DNA of 64,000 nt from Candidatus Latescibacterota bacterium (GCA_965215195.1 CBDCDC010000002.1:3584001-3648000), one strand, 5' to 3'. Numbered from the stretch's first letter, positions 50,337-60,825 are shown. Notes: generated from the letters alone by a model not told the origin. Made by a program: numbers and translations.

Positions 50337-51038
50337 ATGTTCCGCCGCACCCGCTACATCGCCGGAATCTTCTGGCAATTCCGCTACTATCTCCTTTGCA
50401 CTGGGCTGGCGCTGGCCTTTTGGGACACCGCCCTGATCAAGCCGTTCCGCATCTTTGTGGTGCTGGTGCACGAGGTCAATCACGCAGCCGCAGCCCTGCT
50501 CACCGGCGGCGAGGTCCTCGAAATCCGCACCCATTGGAACGAGTCCGGGCACACCCTGACCAAGGGGGGCTTCTTCCCGCTGATTAGTGCGGCCGGCTAC
50601 GTAGGGTCGGCGCTGTGGGGGGCGTTGCTGATGTACACCGCGCTTTATCCGCAGGCGCAGCGGTTGGTGTTGCTGTGCATTGGCGCGACCTGCGCGGGGA
50701 TGACCCTGATCTACACGCCGCTAGAGGCGGGGGGGATTGACTTCGCATTGGGGATCGGCGGCGGGCTGATCTTGTGCGTCATGGCCTGCAAGTCGCGGCG
50801 GATGGCGAGCATCGGTGCGGTGTGGATGGGGATAATGCTGTGCCTGTACAGTCTCTACGACTTCCGCACGGACCTGTGGTACTATCCAGAGCGGACGGAC
50901 GCCGGGATATTGTCGGCCTATTGGGGGCTGGATCCGTTGCAGGTGCCCTATCTGGCGTATCTGATTGCCTTCAGTTGGGTGCTGGTGTCGCTGGTGTGCA
51001 TGTATCGGGCGATGCGCGCCGTGGTTGTCAAGCGATGA
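50337..51038 (+). CDS. M50B family membrane metallopeptidase
   Basis: VHEVNH (HExxH), SAAGY.G, TDA motif; multiple TM segments. Confidence 0.8.
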   Translation: MFRRTRYIAGIFWQFRYYLLCTGLALAFWDTALIKPFRIFVVLVHEVNHAAAALLTGGEVLEIRTHWNESGHTLTKGGFFPLISAAGYVGSALWGALLMYTALYPQAQRLVLLCIGATCAGMTLIYTPLEAGGIDFALGIGGGLILCVMACKSRRMASIGAVWMGIMLCLYSLYDFRTDLWYYPERTDAGILSAYWGLDPLQVPYLAYLIAFSWVLVSLVCMYRAMRAVVVKR

Positions 51039-51129
51039 CAATACCACCCTGCTGGCGGCGGATTTCTTATTGCGAACAGCTTGCAATTGAGTGCAACGGC
51101 CCGATATCGACAGAGAGGAATGTAAAATC

Positions 51130-52899
51130 ATGCGAATGAGTCGGCTTTTCAGTCAGACCTTGCGCGACGTTACCGCCGACGCGGAGGTCGCTAGTCATCA
51201 ACTTTTGCTACGAGCGGGCTTTATCCGCCCGTTGGCCAGCGGCATCTTCAGCTATTTGCCCCTCGCACAGCGGGCGATGCGCAAGATTGAGGACATTATC
51301 CGCCGCGAGATGGACGCCATCGGCGGGCAGGAGATCACCATGCCAGTGGTGCATCCGGCCGAGCTCTGGCAGCGGAGCGGGCGTTGGTACGCGGTCGGCG
51401 CGGAGATGGGTCGCTTTAAGGACAAAAACGACCGCGACATGGTGCTGGCCATGACCCACGAAGAAGTCGTAGCCGACTTGGTCAGCCGCGAGATCAAGTC
51501 CTACAGGCAACTGCCCCAGTTAGTCTATCAGATCCAGACCAAGTGGCGCGACGATCCCCGCCCCCGCTCGGGCCTCATCCGGGTCCGCGAGTTCACCATG
51601 AAGGACTCCTACAGCCTCGACGCCGACTGGGAGGGCCTCGACAGGCAGTACCGCGCCCATTACCAGCGCTATTTCAACATCTTCCATTGCTGCGGCCTCG
51701 ACGTGCTCGCGGTGCGCTCGGACACCGGGATGATGGGCGGCGAACTGGCCCACGAATACATGTACCTGACGCCGATCGGCGAAGACACCCTGCTCTTGTG
51801 CGACGGCTGCGGGTACGCGGCCAATCGCCAGATCGCCACCTTTGCCAAACAGGCCAATCCCGCCGAAGCGCCCGCCGCACCCGAGAAGATCGCCACGCCC
51901 AATACCAAGACCATTGAGGAGCTGACCGCGCTGCTCGACATCCCCGCGCACAAGACCGCTAAGGCGCTCTTTGCGATGGCCACGGTCGGCGACGGTCCAG
52001 ACAAGGAGGATGCGTTTGTGCTGGCGGTCGTGCGCGGCGACATGGAAGTCAACGAGACCAAGCTGGCCAACGCGGTCGGCGCGCTCGAGATGTGGCCGGC
52101 GCGGGACGAGGAAATACGCGCCATCGGCGCGGAGCCAGGCTATGGATCGCCCATTGGCGTCGAGGGAGCGCTGGTCGTCGTCGATGACGCAGTGGCGTCT
52201 TCGCCCAATTTGGTGGCCGGTGCCAACGAGCCGGGCTACCACCTCGCCAATGTAAACCACGGCCGCGACTACAAGGCCGACGTGGTCGCCGATATCGCCG
52301 CCGCCCGGCAGGGCGATGGCTGCTCTAACTGCGGCGCAGTGCTGCGCGAATCGCGCGGGGTGGAAGTGGGCAACATCTTCCAGCTAGGCACCAAGTTCAC
52401 CGAGGCTCTGGGCGGTGATTTCCTCGACGCCGAGGGCCGGGCGCAGCCGGTCGTCATGGGGTCTTACGGGATCGGCGTGGGGCGGTTGCTGGCCTGTATC
52501 GCCGAGGAGCACCGCGACGAAAACGGCTTGATGTGGCCCATTGCCGTTGCGCCCTATCAGGTACACATCGTCCTCCTCGCCAAAGGCGCAGGCGCAGCGC
52601 AAGACGCGGCCGAGCAGCTCTACGCCGATCTGGCGGAGCGCGGTATTGAAGTTCTCCTCGACGACCGCCGAGAAAGCGCCGGGGTCAAGTTCAACGACGC
52701 CGACTTGATTGGCCTACCGGTGCGGGTGACGGTAGGGGATCGCGGTTTGCAGCGGGGAATTGTCGAGGTCAAGTTGCGGCGCGAAAAAGATCGACGAGAA
52801 ACGCCGGTGGATCAGGTGGTAGAGTACGTGGTAGAACAGGTGGAGAAGTTGCAACGCGAGTTGGACGAGCGGGTGGTAGAAGTGGAGTACCAAGAGTAG
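51130..52899 (+). CDS. proS: Proline--tRNA ligase (with INS editing domain)
   Basis: MRMSRLFSQTLR, THEE, QIQTKWRD, REFTMKDSYS, GANE, EVGNIFQLG, MGSYGIGVGR. Confidence 0.97.
   Translation: MRMSRLFSQTLRDVTADAEVASHQLLLRAGFIRPLASGIFSYLPLAQRAMRKIEDIIRREMDAIGGQEITMPVVHPAELWQRSGRWYAVGAEMGRFKDKNDRDMVLAMTHEEVVADLVSREIKSYRQLPQLVYQIQTKWRDDPRPRSGLIRVREFTMKDSYSLDADWEGLDRQYRAHYQRYFNIFHCCGLDVLAVRSDTGMMGGELAHEYMYLTPIGEDTLLLCDGCGYAANRQIATFAKQANPAEAPAAPEKIATPNTKTIEELTALLDIPAHKTAKALFAMATVGDGPDKEDAFVLAVVRGDMEVNETKLANAVGALEMWPARDEEIRAIGAEPGYGSPIGVEGALVVVDDAVASSPNLVAGANEPGYHLANVNHGRDYKADVVADIAAARQGDGCSNCGAVLRESRGVEVGNIFQLGTKFTEALGGDFLDAEGRAQPVVMGSYGIGVGRLLACIAEEHRDENGLMWPIAVAPYQVHIVLLAKGAGAAQDAAEQLYADLAERGIEVLLDDRRESAGVKFNDADLIGLPVRVTVGDRGLQRGIVEVKLRREKDRRETPVDQVVEYVVEQVEKLQRELDERVVEVEYQE
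52875..52890 (+). repeat. 16-bp direct repeat, left copy (proS 3' end)
   Basis: GGTAGAAGTGGAGTAC, identical to 58332-58347. Confidence 0.75.
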
Positions 52900-52906
52900 T
52901 AAGGGG

Positions 52907-52978
52907 CTAACTACACGACACCAATAATTTGTCGTTGATGGGCGATCCGAGGTTTAGGCCCTACGGTCGTGTACTTAG
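52907..52978. mobile_element. MITE copy 4 (72 bp, internally deleted, inverted relative to copy 3)
   Basis: CTAACTACACGACACCAATAATTTGTCGTTGATG matches the reverse complement of copy 3's right end; TAGGCCCTACGGTCGTGTACTTAG matches its left end; no TSD visible. Confidence 0.7.
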
Positions 52979-53767
52979 GTCGGGTGGATACGCCCTCGGT
53001 TGGGAGTTGTTGACCTCAAGCGACATAAACTCTACTCTTTGGCATGGGTAGGGTCCCTTTTTTGTTTCTATCTCTGCCTTTTTCCATCACACATTATCTA
53101 GGGGACGAATAGCCGCCAACGCCGCACCGGAGGTTTTTGCTATGCCTACGCTGGATTTCAAGGGAAAGCAGCATATCTATGCCCATCACCTCACCGTGCC
53201 TTACCGCCCGCTGATACCCGACGCAGGCCGGTCGGTGAACGCAGCGGACGCTGACGGCAACCTCATCATTCACGGCGATAACCTAAAGGCACTGAAAGCA
53301 CTGCTGCCCCGCTACGCCGGCCGCGTCAAGTGCATCTACATCGACCCGCCTTACAACACTGGCAACGAGGGTTGGGTCTATAACGACAAAGTCAACAGCC
53401 CGTTGATGCGCCAATGGCTGAAAGACAACGGCCCGGTTGACAACGAAGATTTGGAGCGACACGACAAATGGCTGTGCATGATGTGGCCGCGGTTGCAGCT
53501 ATTGCGGGAGTTGCTTTCAGACGACGGCGTGATCTTTGTGTCCATTGACGATAACGAACAGCATCACCTGCGGATGCTGATGGATGAGATTTTTGGCGAG
53601 AAGAATTTTATCGCACAAATAATTGCACAGACAAATCCCCGTGGTCGTTCTCTAAGGCAAGATGTCGCGCAAACTCACGAATATATACTGATGTACGCTA
53701 AAGACAGCACATTGTCAGCGATTCATAAAATCGCAAAACCTAAGCGATCTACTGATGAATATAGTAA

Positions 53768-54710
53768 GAGCCTATACGGAAATCATGTCAACCGTTCGAC
53801 GATTTGAAAAATGATAAGCACCGAAGCGACCTGAATGAATGCTTCGTAATGGGTACTCTTTTTCTCCCATCGGACCAACAGACGACGGAATCGATTATGC
53901 CAAGCATGGGTTCGTTCAACCACCCATCGACGAGCCGGATGTTTCTTTTGCGCGGGTATAGAGGCCTTGTCGGCTTGACTTTTCGCCAAGTGTAGGTGAT
54001 AGTCGCGTTCCTCGACTCCTTCAATAACCTCGGCGTAGTCATAGCCTTTGTCCAGACACAGATGGTGCAGCCGATAGACGACTTTCTTGGGTCTTTCCAC
54101 GACGAGGCCATCCAACGTCGCCAGTGCTACCGTTTTGTCATGCGTATTGGCTGCGGTTACTTCCACGGCCAGCGGTGCGCCTCGCTGGTCGGTCAACACC
54201 GACCGTTTAGTGCCCTTTTTACCCCGATCGACCGGCGACGGACCGGTCGCTTCGCCGCCCAACGGCGCTTTGGTGATCACCCCATCGAGGGCTTGCCATT
54301 TCCAAGCAATGCCCACTTGCTTATCATAGTAGTGTAGCAGCGTCTGCCAAGCTCGGAGAAACACGCCTTGTTTCACCCACTGGCGGAACCGACCGTGGAC
54401 GGTCGAGCCGGGTGCATAGGCTGCCCGCGGAATGGCCTGCCATTGGCAGCCGCTGCGCAACACAAAGATCATGGCGTCAAAAAGGACACGGTGGGGTGTG
54501 GGCGGACGTCCGACGGTGCCGGGTTGTTTTTCCGGACCCAGAATCGGGGCGATTAGATTCCACAAGGCATCCGGGGTATGCCAGATCGTGTCCGGCGAAT
54601 CGGTCTTGGTGGCCATGGCTTTCTTCCTCTTGGTTGAGGGTCAAATGGTACGGAAAGCGTAGGTCGCCAAGACCTTTGTATCAACAAAAAATCAATTTTC
54701 GTATAGGCTC
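53768..54710 (-). mobile_element. IS5-family insertion sequence (IS1031-like), 943 bp
   Basis: TIRs GAGCCTATACGGAAAT / ATTTTCGTATAGGCTC; 3-bp TAA duplication (53765-53767, 54711-54713). Confidence 0.93.
53783..54616 (-). CDS. IS5-family DDE transposase
   Basis: LRSGCQW, STVHGRF..W, LDG, DKGYD, RWVVERTHAW..RFRRL. Confidence 0.93.
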   Translation of the reverse strand: MATKTDSPDTIWHTPDALWNLIAPILGPEKQPGTVGRPPTPHRVLFDAMIFVLRSGCQWQAIPRAAYAPGSTVHGRFRQWVKQGVFLRAWQTLLHYYDKQVGIAWKWQALDGVITKAPLGGEATGPSPVDRGKKGTKRSVLTDQRGAPLAVEVTAANTHDKTVALATLDGLVVERPKKVVYRLHHLCLDKGYDYAEVIEGVEERDYHLHLAKSQADKASIPAQKKHPARRWVVERTHAWHNRFRRLLVRWEKKSTHYEAFIQVASVLIIFQIVERLT

Positions 54711-55788
54711 TAAGATTGATAAAGGCGGTTCTTACCGTCTTTTGCGTTTGAGAAACACGGGGATCCAAGAATTTAATCGGGAGACTCGTCCCAACTTGTT
54801 CTTCCCGATTTATGTCGATCCAGAGAATGGGACTATTTCTCTTTCTTCAAGCACAAGTTTTTCTGTTGAAGTTCTACCGATAAATGGGGACGGAGTAGAG
54901 GGATGCTGGACTTGGAGTAGAGAAAAGATCCAAAAAAATCCTGAATTGGTTGTAGGACAAAGTGTCCGTGGTGGTGAATGGCGTATTTATCGTAAGGACT
55001 ATCTGGAAGGCGAAAGTTTGCTTACGCTACCAAAGTCTATTTGGATAGAAAAAGAAATAAACCACGAAGTCGGTAAGGAAACACTAACAAAGTTATTCTC
55101 TAGTGCTCCTTTCAATCACCCAAAGTCGCCCGCACTCGTGACAAATTTGATTAGACTTGTCGGTCAGAACGGAGACATCATCCTCGACTCCTTCGCCGGC
55201 AGCGGCACCACTGCCCACGCTGTCCTTGCGCTCAATAGAGAGGACGGCGGCAACCGCAAGTTCATTCTCGTTGAGTGCGAAGATTACGCCGACACCACTA
55301 CCGCCGAGCGAGTGCGCCGTGTCATCAACGGCGTTCCCGACGCCAAAGATGACGCCTTGCGCGAAGGACTGGGCGGCTCTTTCACCTACTGCACACTAGG
55401 TCCGCCTATTGAACTGGAGGGAATGCTGACGGGCGATGCTTTGCCGGATTACGCCACACTGGCGGCTTATCTGTTGTACACAGCCTCTGGTATCTCCGCT
55501 GGCGCAGGTGCCTTGTTGCCCCTGAATAATGACGGTCTGTTCCACAGCAACCATATCACCGATTACTATCTGTTGTACGAACCCAACTTGGATTATCTGC
55601 GCGGTGATGCGGCGATACTGAACTTAGAGCGAGCGCGGCGCATCAGCACCGCTAGCCAGCAAAACAGTAGAAAAGCCCTCGTTTTTGGGCCGGGTAAGTA
55701 CATAGGCCAATCGGAACTTACGAGAATAGGCATCACATTTTGCCAGTTGCCCTACGAACTACACCGGGGACTGTAAAAGGGCGATGGA

Positions 55789-58323
55789 ATGGAACTGAAA
55801 GAGTATCAATCTGTCGCTTTAGACACCTTTGTCCGCTGGTGGAATGAACTGGCAGCGGCGCGGGCGCAATCGGAAACTGCCATCGCCGCGTTGCGGGAAG
55901 CTGGCGTTGGTATTCCCGCTGATCTCCACAACTATCCCAAGACAGCTTGGCAGCAACTGGCCCAATCGGGCGGCGTAGCCGACGGCAATGTCCCCTACGT
56001 CGATCGCACAGACGACACCGGACGACCCATCCCACATATCTGTTTCAAAGTCCCGACCGGCGGAGGCAAGACACTGCTTGCCGCTGCCGCACTGCAACGG
56101 CTCAACCGCCAAACCGGCCTAACGCTGTGGGTAATCCCAACCCGCGCCATTTACCAGCAGACCAAAGCCGCCCTCCGCAGCCGAGAGCATCCCTACCGGC
56201 AAATGCTGGAAATCGGCAGCGGCGGACGGGTCAAGTTGCTGGAAAAGGACGACCTGTTCACGGCGGCGGATGTGGCGAACTATCTGTGCGTGATGCTATT
56301 GATGCTGCCGGCTGCTAATCGGCGAAGGGGGCGAGACTTTCTGCGGATGTTCCGCGATTCCGGACGCTATCCCACGCTTTTTCCGGATAGCGACGATGCG
56401 CGGGGCGATGCTAAATTGCTGGCTGACTATCCCGATTTGGAACGCAACGAGGACAACGGACCGGTCAAGCATAGTCTGTTCAACGTGTTCAAGATGCTGC
56501 GTCCGGTAGTGGTACTGGACGAGGCGCACAAGGCTTATGGGGCCAAGAAGCGGGAATCTAACGAAGAGTTCGCACGCTCGGTCAACCGCCTCGACCCCAG
56601 CCTCGTGATTGAATTGTCGGCAACGCCCAACCAAGGCATCAGCAACCTGCTGGTGGACATCACCGGCGTTGAACTAAAAAAAGAGGAGATGATAAAGCTG
56701 CCGGTGCAGATCACGTCGTTCACCAACGCCGATTGGCATTATACTTTGTCGCAGGCGCATGACGCACTAGAGCGACTGGACGCCGAAGCGCAGTCCTTGC
56801 AAATGAGCGAGGACCGCTATATCCGCCCCATCGCAGTGGTTCGGGTGGAGCGCACGGGCAAAGACCAGCGCGATGGCGAGCGCGTCCACGCCGAGGATGT
56901 GCGGGAATATCTGACGCAGAAGCTGGGGGTGCCGGCGAATGCCGTCGCCGTCAAGTCATCGGAAAAAGACGAACTAGCCGGTATCGACCTGTTGTCCGAG
57001 TTTTCGCCGCTGCGCTGGATAATCACCAAGGCGGCACTGATGGAGGGCTGGGATTGCCCCTTCGCATATCTGTTGGTGATGCTGGACAATACCAGCGCAC
57101 AGCGAGCCATCACCCAGTTGGTGGGGCGAGTAATGCGGCAGCCCCACGCACGGCGCACAGGGAGGGAGGCACTGGACCAGTGCTACGTCTATTGCTGGAA
57201 TACAAACGTGGGTCAGGCGGTAAGCCAAGTCAAAAATGGGCTGGAGTGCGAAGGGCTAAGCGGCCTAAGCGACGAGGTGCTAGGGTCGGGGGCGGATTTG
57301 CGGAGGGTTGCGGTGGAGCGGCGCGAGCCGTTTCGGAGCAAGGCCATCTTTTTGCCGCTGGTGTTACACAAAGACAGCGATGGCTGGCGCGAATTGGATT
57401 ACCAGCAGCACATTCTGCCCGGCATTGATTGGGCGGCCATTGACGCCCCCGACCCGCAGAGCAGTCTTCCCGACCACGCCAGAATGCAGTCGGCGTCTGT
57501 TGACCTTGGCGACGCACTGCCCGTGTTTCGCGCCGACCGGGAGTTGTTCATCGACAAGACGCTCAGAATATCTTACTTCGCCCGCCGCCTATCCGACATT
57601 GTGCCAAACACGTGGCAATCGGCCCGCATTGTGCAGCAGCTAGTGGAGAAGCTGCAAGCGAGCGATGACAGCGACGACGAAATCTATGATCGTCGATCCT
57701 ATCTGGCGTTTGCCTTGCGGGAACATGTGGCCAATGTGGTGGAAGAGCAGGCCGAAAGCGTCTTTCGCCATAAGTTGCTGGCCGGCAAAATCCGCTTTGA
57801 CTTAGAGGCCGGGCAGCCCAACTTTCGCCTACGGGACTCCTATGAAATTCCCATCACCGACAACTACGGGCTGCTGGCGGGCAATGACGGGCGGCCGGTG
57901 CAACTCAGCCTGTTTGAACCGGTGTACACTCAGCAGTTCGATTCCGCGCTAGAGCGCAGTTTCGCCCGCTACCTCGACGAGCAGAAAGCACTGAGCTGGT
58001 GGCATAGGGTGGCCGTGCAGCAAAGCAGCGAGTACTACCTACGGGGCTGGAAACAAGAACGCATCTGGCCCGATTTTGTCGCAATGGCCGGAGAAACTAT
58101 AGGTAAGCCGCACGTGCTGGTTTTCGAGACCAAGGGGGAACACCTGCGCGGCAACCCAGATACGGACTACAAACAACGCGTACTGGAAACCCTACAGAAT
58201 GCCTTCAACTGCGGAACGATGACCATCCGCGACGGACCGATGCAAGGAACATTTCGGCTTGTATTCACTGAGATGGAGTTCCCGGCGGCACTAGCCGAGG
58301 TGAACAAAACGCAACACGCCTGA
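55789..58323 (+). CDS. res: Type III restriction subunit (SF2 helicase + PD-(D/E)xK nuclease)
   Basis: VPTGGGKT, LDEAH, LSATP, ALMEGWD, QLVGRVMRQP, WPDFV..FETKG. Confidence 0.88.
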   Translation: MELKEYQSVALDTFVRWWNELAAARAQSETAIAALREAGVGIPADLHNYPKTAWQQLAQSGGVADGNVPYVDRTDDTGRPIPHICFKVPTGGGKTLLAAAALQRLNRQTGLTLWVIPTRAIYQQTKAALRSREHPYRQMLEIGSGGRVKLLEKDDLFTAADVANYLCVMLLMLPAANRRRGRDFLRMFRDSGRYPTLFPDSDDARGDAKLLADYPDLERNEDNGPVKHSLFNVFKMLRPVVVLDEAHKAYGAKKRESNEEFARSVNRLDPSLVIELSATPNQGISNLLVDITGVELKKEEMIKLPVQITSFTNADWHYTLSQAHDALERLDAEAQSLQMSEDRYIRPIAVVRVERTGKDQRDGERVHAEDVREYLTQKLGVPANAVAVKSSEKDELAGIDLLSEFSPLRWIITKAALMEGWDCPFAYLLVMLDNTSAQRAITQLVGRVMRQPHARRTGREALDQCYVYCWNTNVGQAVSQVKNGLECEGLSGLSDEVLGSGADLRRVAVERREPFRSKAIFLPLVLHKDSDGWRELDYQQHILPGIDWAAIDAPDPQSSLPDHARMQSASVDLGDALPVFRADRELFIDKTLRISYFARRLSDIVPNTWQSARIVQQLVEKLQASDDSDDEIYDRRSYLAFALREHVANVVEEQAESVFRHKLLAGKIRFDLEAGQPNFRLRDSYEIPITDNYGLLAGNDGRPVQLSLFEPVYTQQFDSALERSFARYLDEQKALSWWHRVAVQQSSEYYLRGWKQERIWPDFVAMAGETIGKPHVLVFETKGEHLRGNPDTDYKQRVLETLQNAFNCGTMTIRDGPMQGTFRLVFTEMEFPAALAEVNKTQHA

Positions 58324-58331
58324 CAAACAGG

Positions 58332-58347
58332 GGTAGAAGTGGAGTAC
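58332..58347 (+). repeat. 16-bp direct repeat, right copy of the proS 3' end
   Basis: GGTAGAAGTGGAGTAC followed by TTAGGATAATG. Confidence 0.75.
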
Positions 58348-58355
58348 TTAGGATA

Positions 58356-59684
58356 ATGTTCGTCGAAGGCTACACCGATCAGCTCAGCTACCGAGCCGGC
58401 GAACAAGTGCGTTTTCACGTAGCCACCAGCGCGGACGAGTACTCTTTAGAAGTGGCGCGGATCGGTGCCGAGCGCGCAGTCGTGTGGCGGCAAGATCAAC
58501 TGCCCGGGGCGACCCATCCGGTGCCAGAAGACGCTTCGTCCAATGGCTGCGGCTGGCCAGTTTCCTGCGAGTTGGAAGTGCCGACCGACTGGCGCAGTGG
58601 GTACTACGAGTTTGCGCTGCGCATCGAGGACCAAGGCGGCAAGTTCGTACGGCGGGGGCGGCGCACGGCCGAGAGCCGGGGCTTCTTCATCGTCCGCCCC
58701 GCAGGCCCCACGGACGCCCGCATCCTCCTCCAGTTAGCCACCAATACCTACAACGCCTACAACAACTGGGGCGGCTACAGTCTCTACGGCTATCACGGCC
58801 GCGGCGGCTTGCAGGGGCATCGCGTCTCCTTCGACCGTCCACTGGCCGGGCTGTTCGACCGCTGGGAACGCGACTTTGTCGAGTGGGCGGAGGCCGCTGG
58901 ATACGCGCTCTCCTACTGCGCCAATTCCGACCTCGAATGGCATCCCGAACTGTTGGACGACTACCGGCTCGTGCTGAGCGTGGGGCACGATGAATACTGG
59001 TCGGGTCCCATGCGCGACCACCTCGAAGCCTACATCGCTGCTGGGGGCAATGCCGCGTTTTTCAGCGGCAACTCGGTGTGCTGGCGAGTGCGCAGCGAGG
59101 ACGAGGGCCGGGCGCTGGTGTGCTGGAAGCAACAGTTCAACATGGACCCGGCCTACGCGGCCGGAGACTACGCAAACCTTTCGACCTTGTGGAGCCACCA
59201 CCTCGTAGATCGGCCGGAAAACGAGCTGACCGGCGTCGGTTTCCTCTATGGGGGCTATCACCTAAGTCACGGGCAATACATGGATGGGTCCGGGGCGTTT
59301 GCAGTCCATCGCCCGGAGCACTGGGTTTTTGCCGGGACGGGCTTGCAGCGCGGCGACAGCTTCGGGGGCGAGCACACCATCGTCGGCTATGAGTGCGACG
59401 GCTGCGAGTACGCGCTGGAAAATGGGCTGCCAGTAGCCAAGGGGAGCTATGGCACCCCGAAGGATTTTACCATCTTGTGTACCGCTCCGGCGCGATGGCA
59501 CCCAGACGACAGCGAGTGGTATGAGCGCTGGGAAAAAGGGCGGGAGGGCGCGGCCGTCATGGGTCTCTATACTCGCGGCGGCACGGTGTTCACGGCCGGG
59601 ACAACCGACTGGTCGCACGGGCTTAAAGGAGACCCAGCCGTCGCCCAGATCACCCGCAATGTCCTCGACCGCCTGAGCCAATAA
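58356..59684 (+). CDS. N,N-dimethylformamidase beta-subunit-family domain protein
   Basis: TYNAYNNWGG.SLY, VSFDRP, VGHDEYWS, FFSGN, GYECDG. Confidence 0.8.
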   Translation: MFVEGYTDQLSYRAGEQVRFHVATSADEYSLEVARIGAERAVVWRQDQLPGATHPVPEDASSNGCGWPVSCELEVPTDWRSGYYEFALRIEDQGGKFVRRGRRTAESRGFFIVRPAGPTDARILLQLATNTYNAYNNWGGYSLYGYHGRGGLQGHRVSFDRPLAGLFDRWERDFVEWAEAAGYALSYCANSDLEWHPELLDDYRLVLSVGHDEYWSGPMRDHLEAYIAAGGNAAFFSGNSVCWRVRSEDEGRALVCWKQQFNMDPAYAAGDYANLSTLWSHHLVDRPENELTGVGFLYGGYHLSHGQYMDGSGAFAVHRPEHWVFAGTGLQRGDSFGGEHTIVGYECDGCEYALENGLPVAKGSYGTPKDFTILCTAPARWHPDDSEWYERWEKGREGAAVMGLYTRGGTVFTAGTTDWSHGLKGDPAVAQITRNVLDRLSQ

Positions 59685-60557
59685 TCAGCCGTCCGGCACG
59701 TCCCACTTTTTCCGTTCCCACTGCTTTTGCCCAATCCGCTCGACGTATTCCTTCCCCTTGTGCGCGGTCAGCCAGCCCTTGAGCGGAACGTCCTCAGCGG
59801 TCGGCTGCCACCAGCCTTTGACATCCACCCCATCGCCGAGCAACTGCCGGCGTATGGGACTGCACTGGGCGAGGATTTCAGCGGGCATCAGGTTGTAGTC
59901 GAGGCCGCGCAGCCAGCGATAGCTGTACCCCAAAAACAGCACTTTCCGGGTCGTCTCCGAGGTATTAATTCCGCGTGCGTGCCACATCCGTCGGTCAAAC
60001 AGCACGGCCGTTCCCGCCTTCACCTGAACCTGCATGGCATCGGCAAAATCGGGCGGCTGGTCCCGCTTGTGGCTTTCGGGGACAATCCTAATCCCCCCCC
60101 TCTCCGGCTCGCTGATGTCGGTCAGCCAGAATCCGACCTTTAGCGACAATCTCGGTTGGGGACGCTCCATTTCGGGGACCGGCCGGCCGCCATCTTGGTG
60201 CCATCCTCCGGGCTTCAGATTGACGCTACTTGGGGATTCGGGCGGGTAGTAGATCAAATGCGAGATGTAGTGCTGGACGTTCCAGCCGAGAATATCCCAG
60301 ATCAGCGGAAACGTCTTGGGCCAATCGAGCAGTTCGAGAAAAACATCATCCTCGACAATAGTCCTGAACTTTGCCATCAAAGCATTGGGGGCTAAGCCAC
60401 GCGCTGCCCTTTCTTGGGCATCGACGCGGTCGCCAGCCTCCAGCAGCCTACCTAGCATGCCATCGTCGAGCGCATCCTCGACGATCAAGTATCCCTGCTG
60501 TTCAAAATGGTCGCGCTGTGCATCGGTCATGCAGTACTGCAAGCAGCTTGGGTCCAT
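59685..60557 (-). CDS. Phytanoyl-CoA dioxygenase (PhyH) family protein
   Basis: ATG 60557 after AGAGG; WHQDGG, VPESHK, FDRRMWHARG..R. Confidence 0.88.
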   Translation of the reverse strand: MDPSCLQYCMTDAQRDHFEQQGYLIVEDALDDGMLGRLLEAGDRVDAQERAARGLAPNALMAKFRTIVEDDVFLELLDWPKTFPLIWDILGWNVQHYISHLIYYPPESPSSVNLKPGGWHQDGGRPVPEMERPQPRLSLKVGFWLTDISEPERGGIRIVPESHKRDQPPDFADAMQVQVKAGTAVLFDRRMWHARGINTSETTRKVLFLGYSYRWLRGLDYNLMPAEILAQCSPIRRQLLGDGVDVKGWWQPTAEDVPLKGWLTAHKGKEYVERIGQKQWERKKWDVPDG

Positions 60558-60595
60558 GGGTATCACCTCTCTGAAGTACCGCCGATGTAGGAATC

Positions 60596-60810
60596 TCATG
60601 CCGCCATACCGAATTGCCGCCGCACCTCGCCGGTACCGACGAATTGCGACAGCAGGCGATGGTTCTGCCGTTCGTATCGGACCGTACCCGCAATGATCGC
60701 CGGATGCACCTGCAACACGTTCGCTAGATTCATCACCGCCATGGAGGTCGGACGATCGCGAACCGCGCTCGAGTGCCTCCTCTGCCCATTCATCGGCCTG
60801 CGTCTCTTTC
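60596..60810 (-). pseudogene. C-terminal remnant of an HigA/ImmA-type regulator
   Basis: ETQADEWAEEAL then a frameshift to VMNLANVLQVHPAIIAGTVRYERQNHRLLSQFVGTGEVRRQF*. Confidence 0.55.
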
Positions 60811-60825
60811 GGTCGTCCCGCGGCT

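Larger units (their letters stand above)
53142..55776 (+). pseudogene. mod: Type III R-M methyltransferase interrupted by an IS5-family element
   Basis: 5' part HGDNL..YIDPPYNTG; 3' part HPKS..DSFAGSGTT; removing the IS plus one TAA restores frame (EYSKIDKGG). Confidence 0.9.

Noticed and set aside
58340-58352. Lone MITE end (GTACTTAG) pairing with copy 4 to mobilise the second R-M
   Set aside because: Only 8 bp match, the GTCGT core is missing and there is no TSD; the proS 3' duplication explains the sequence better.
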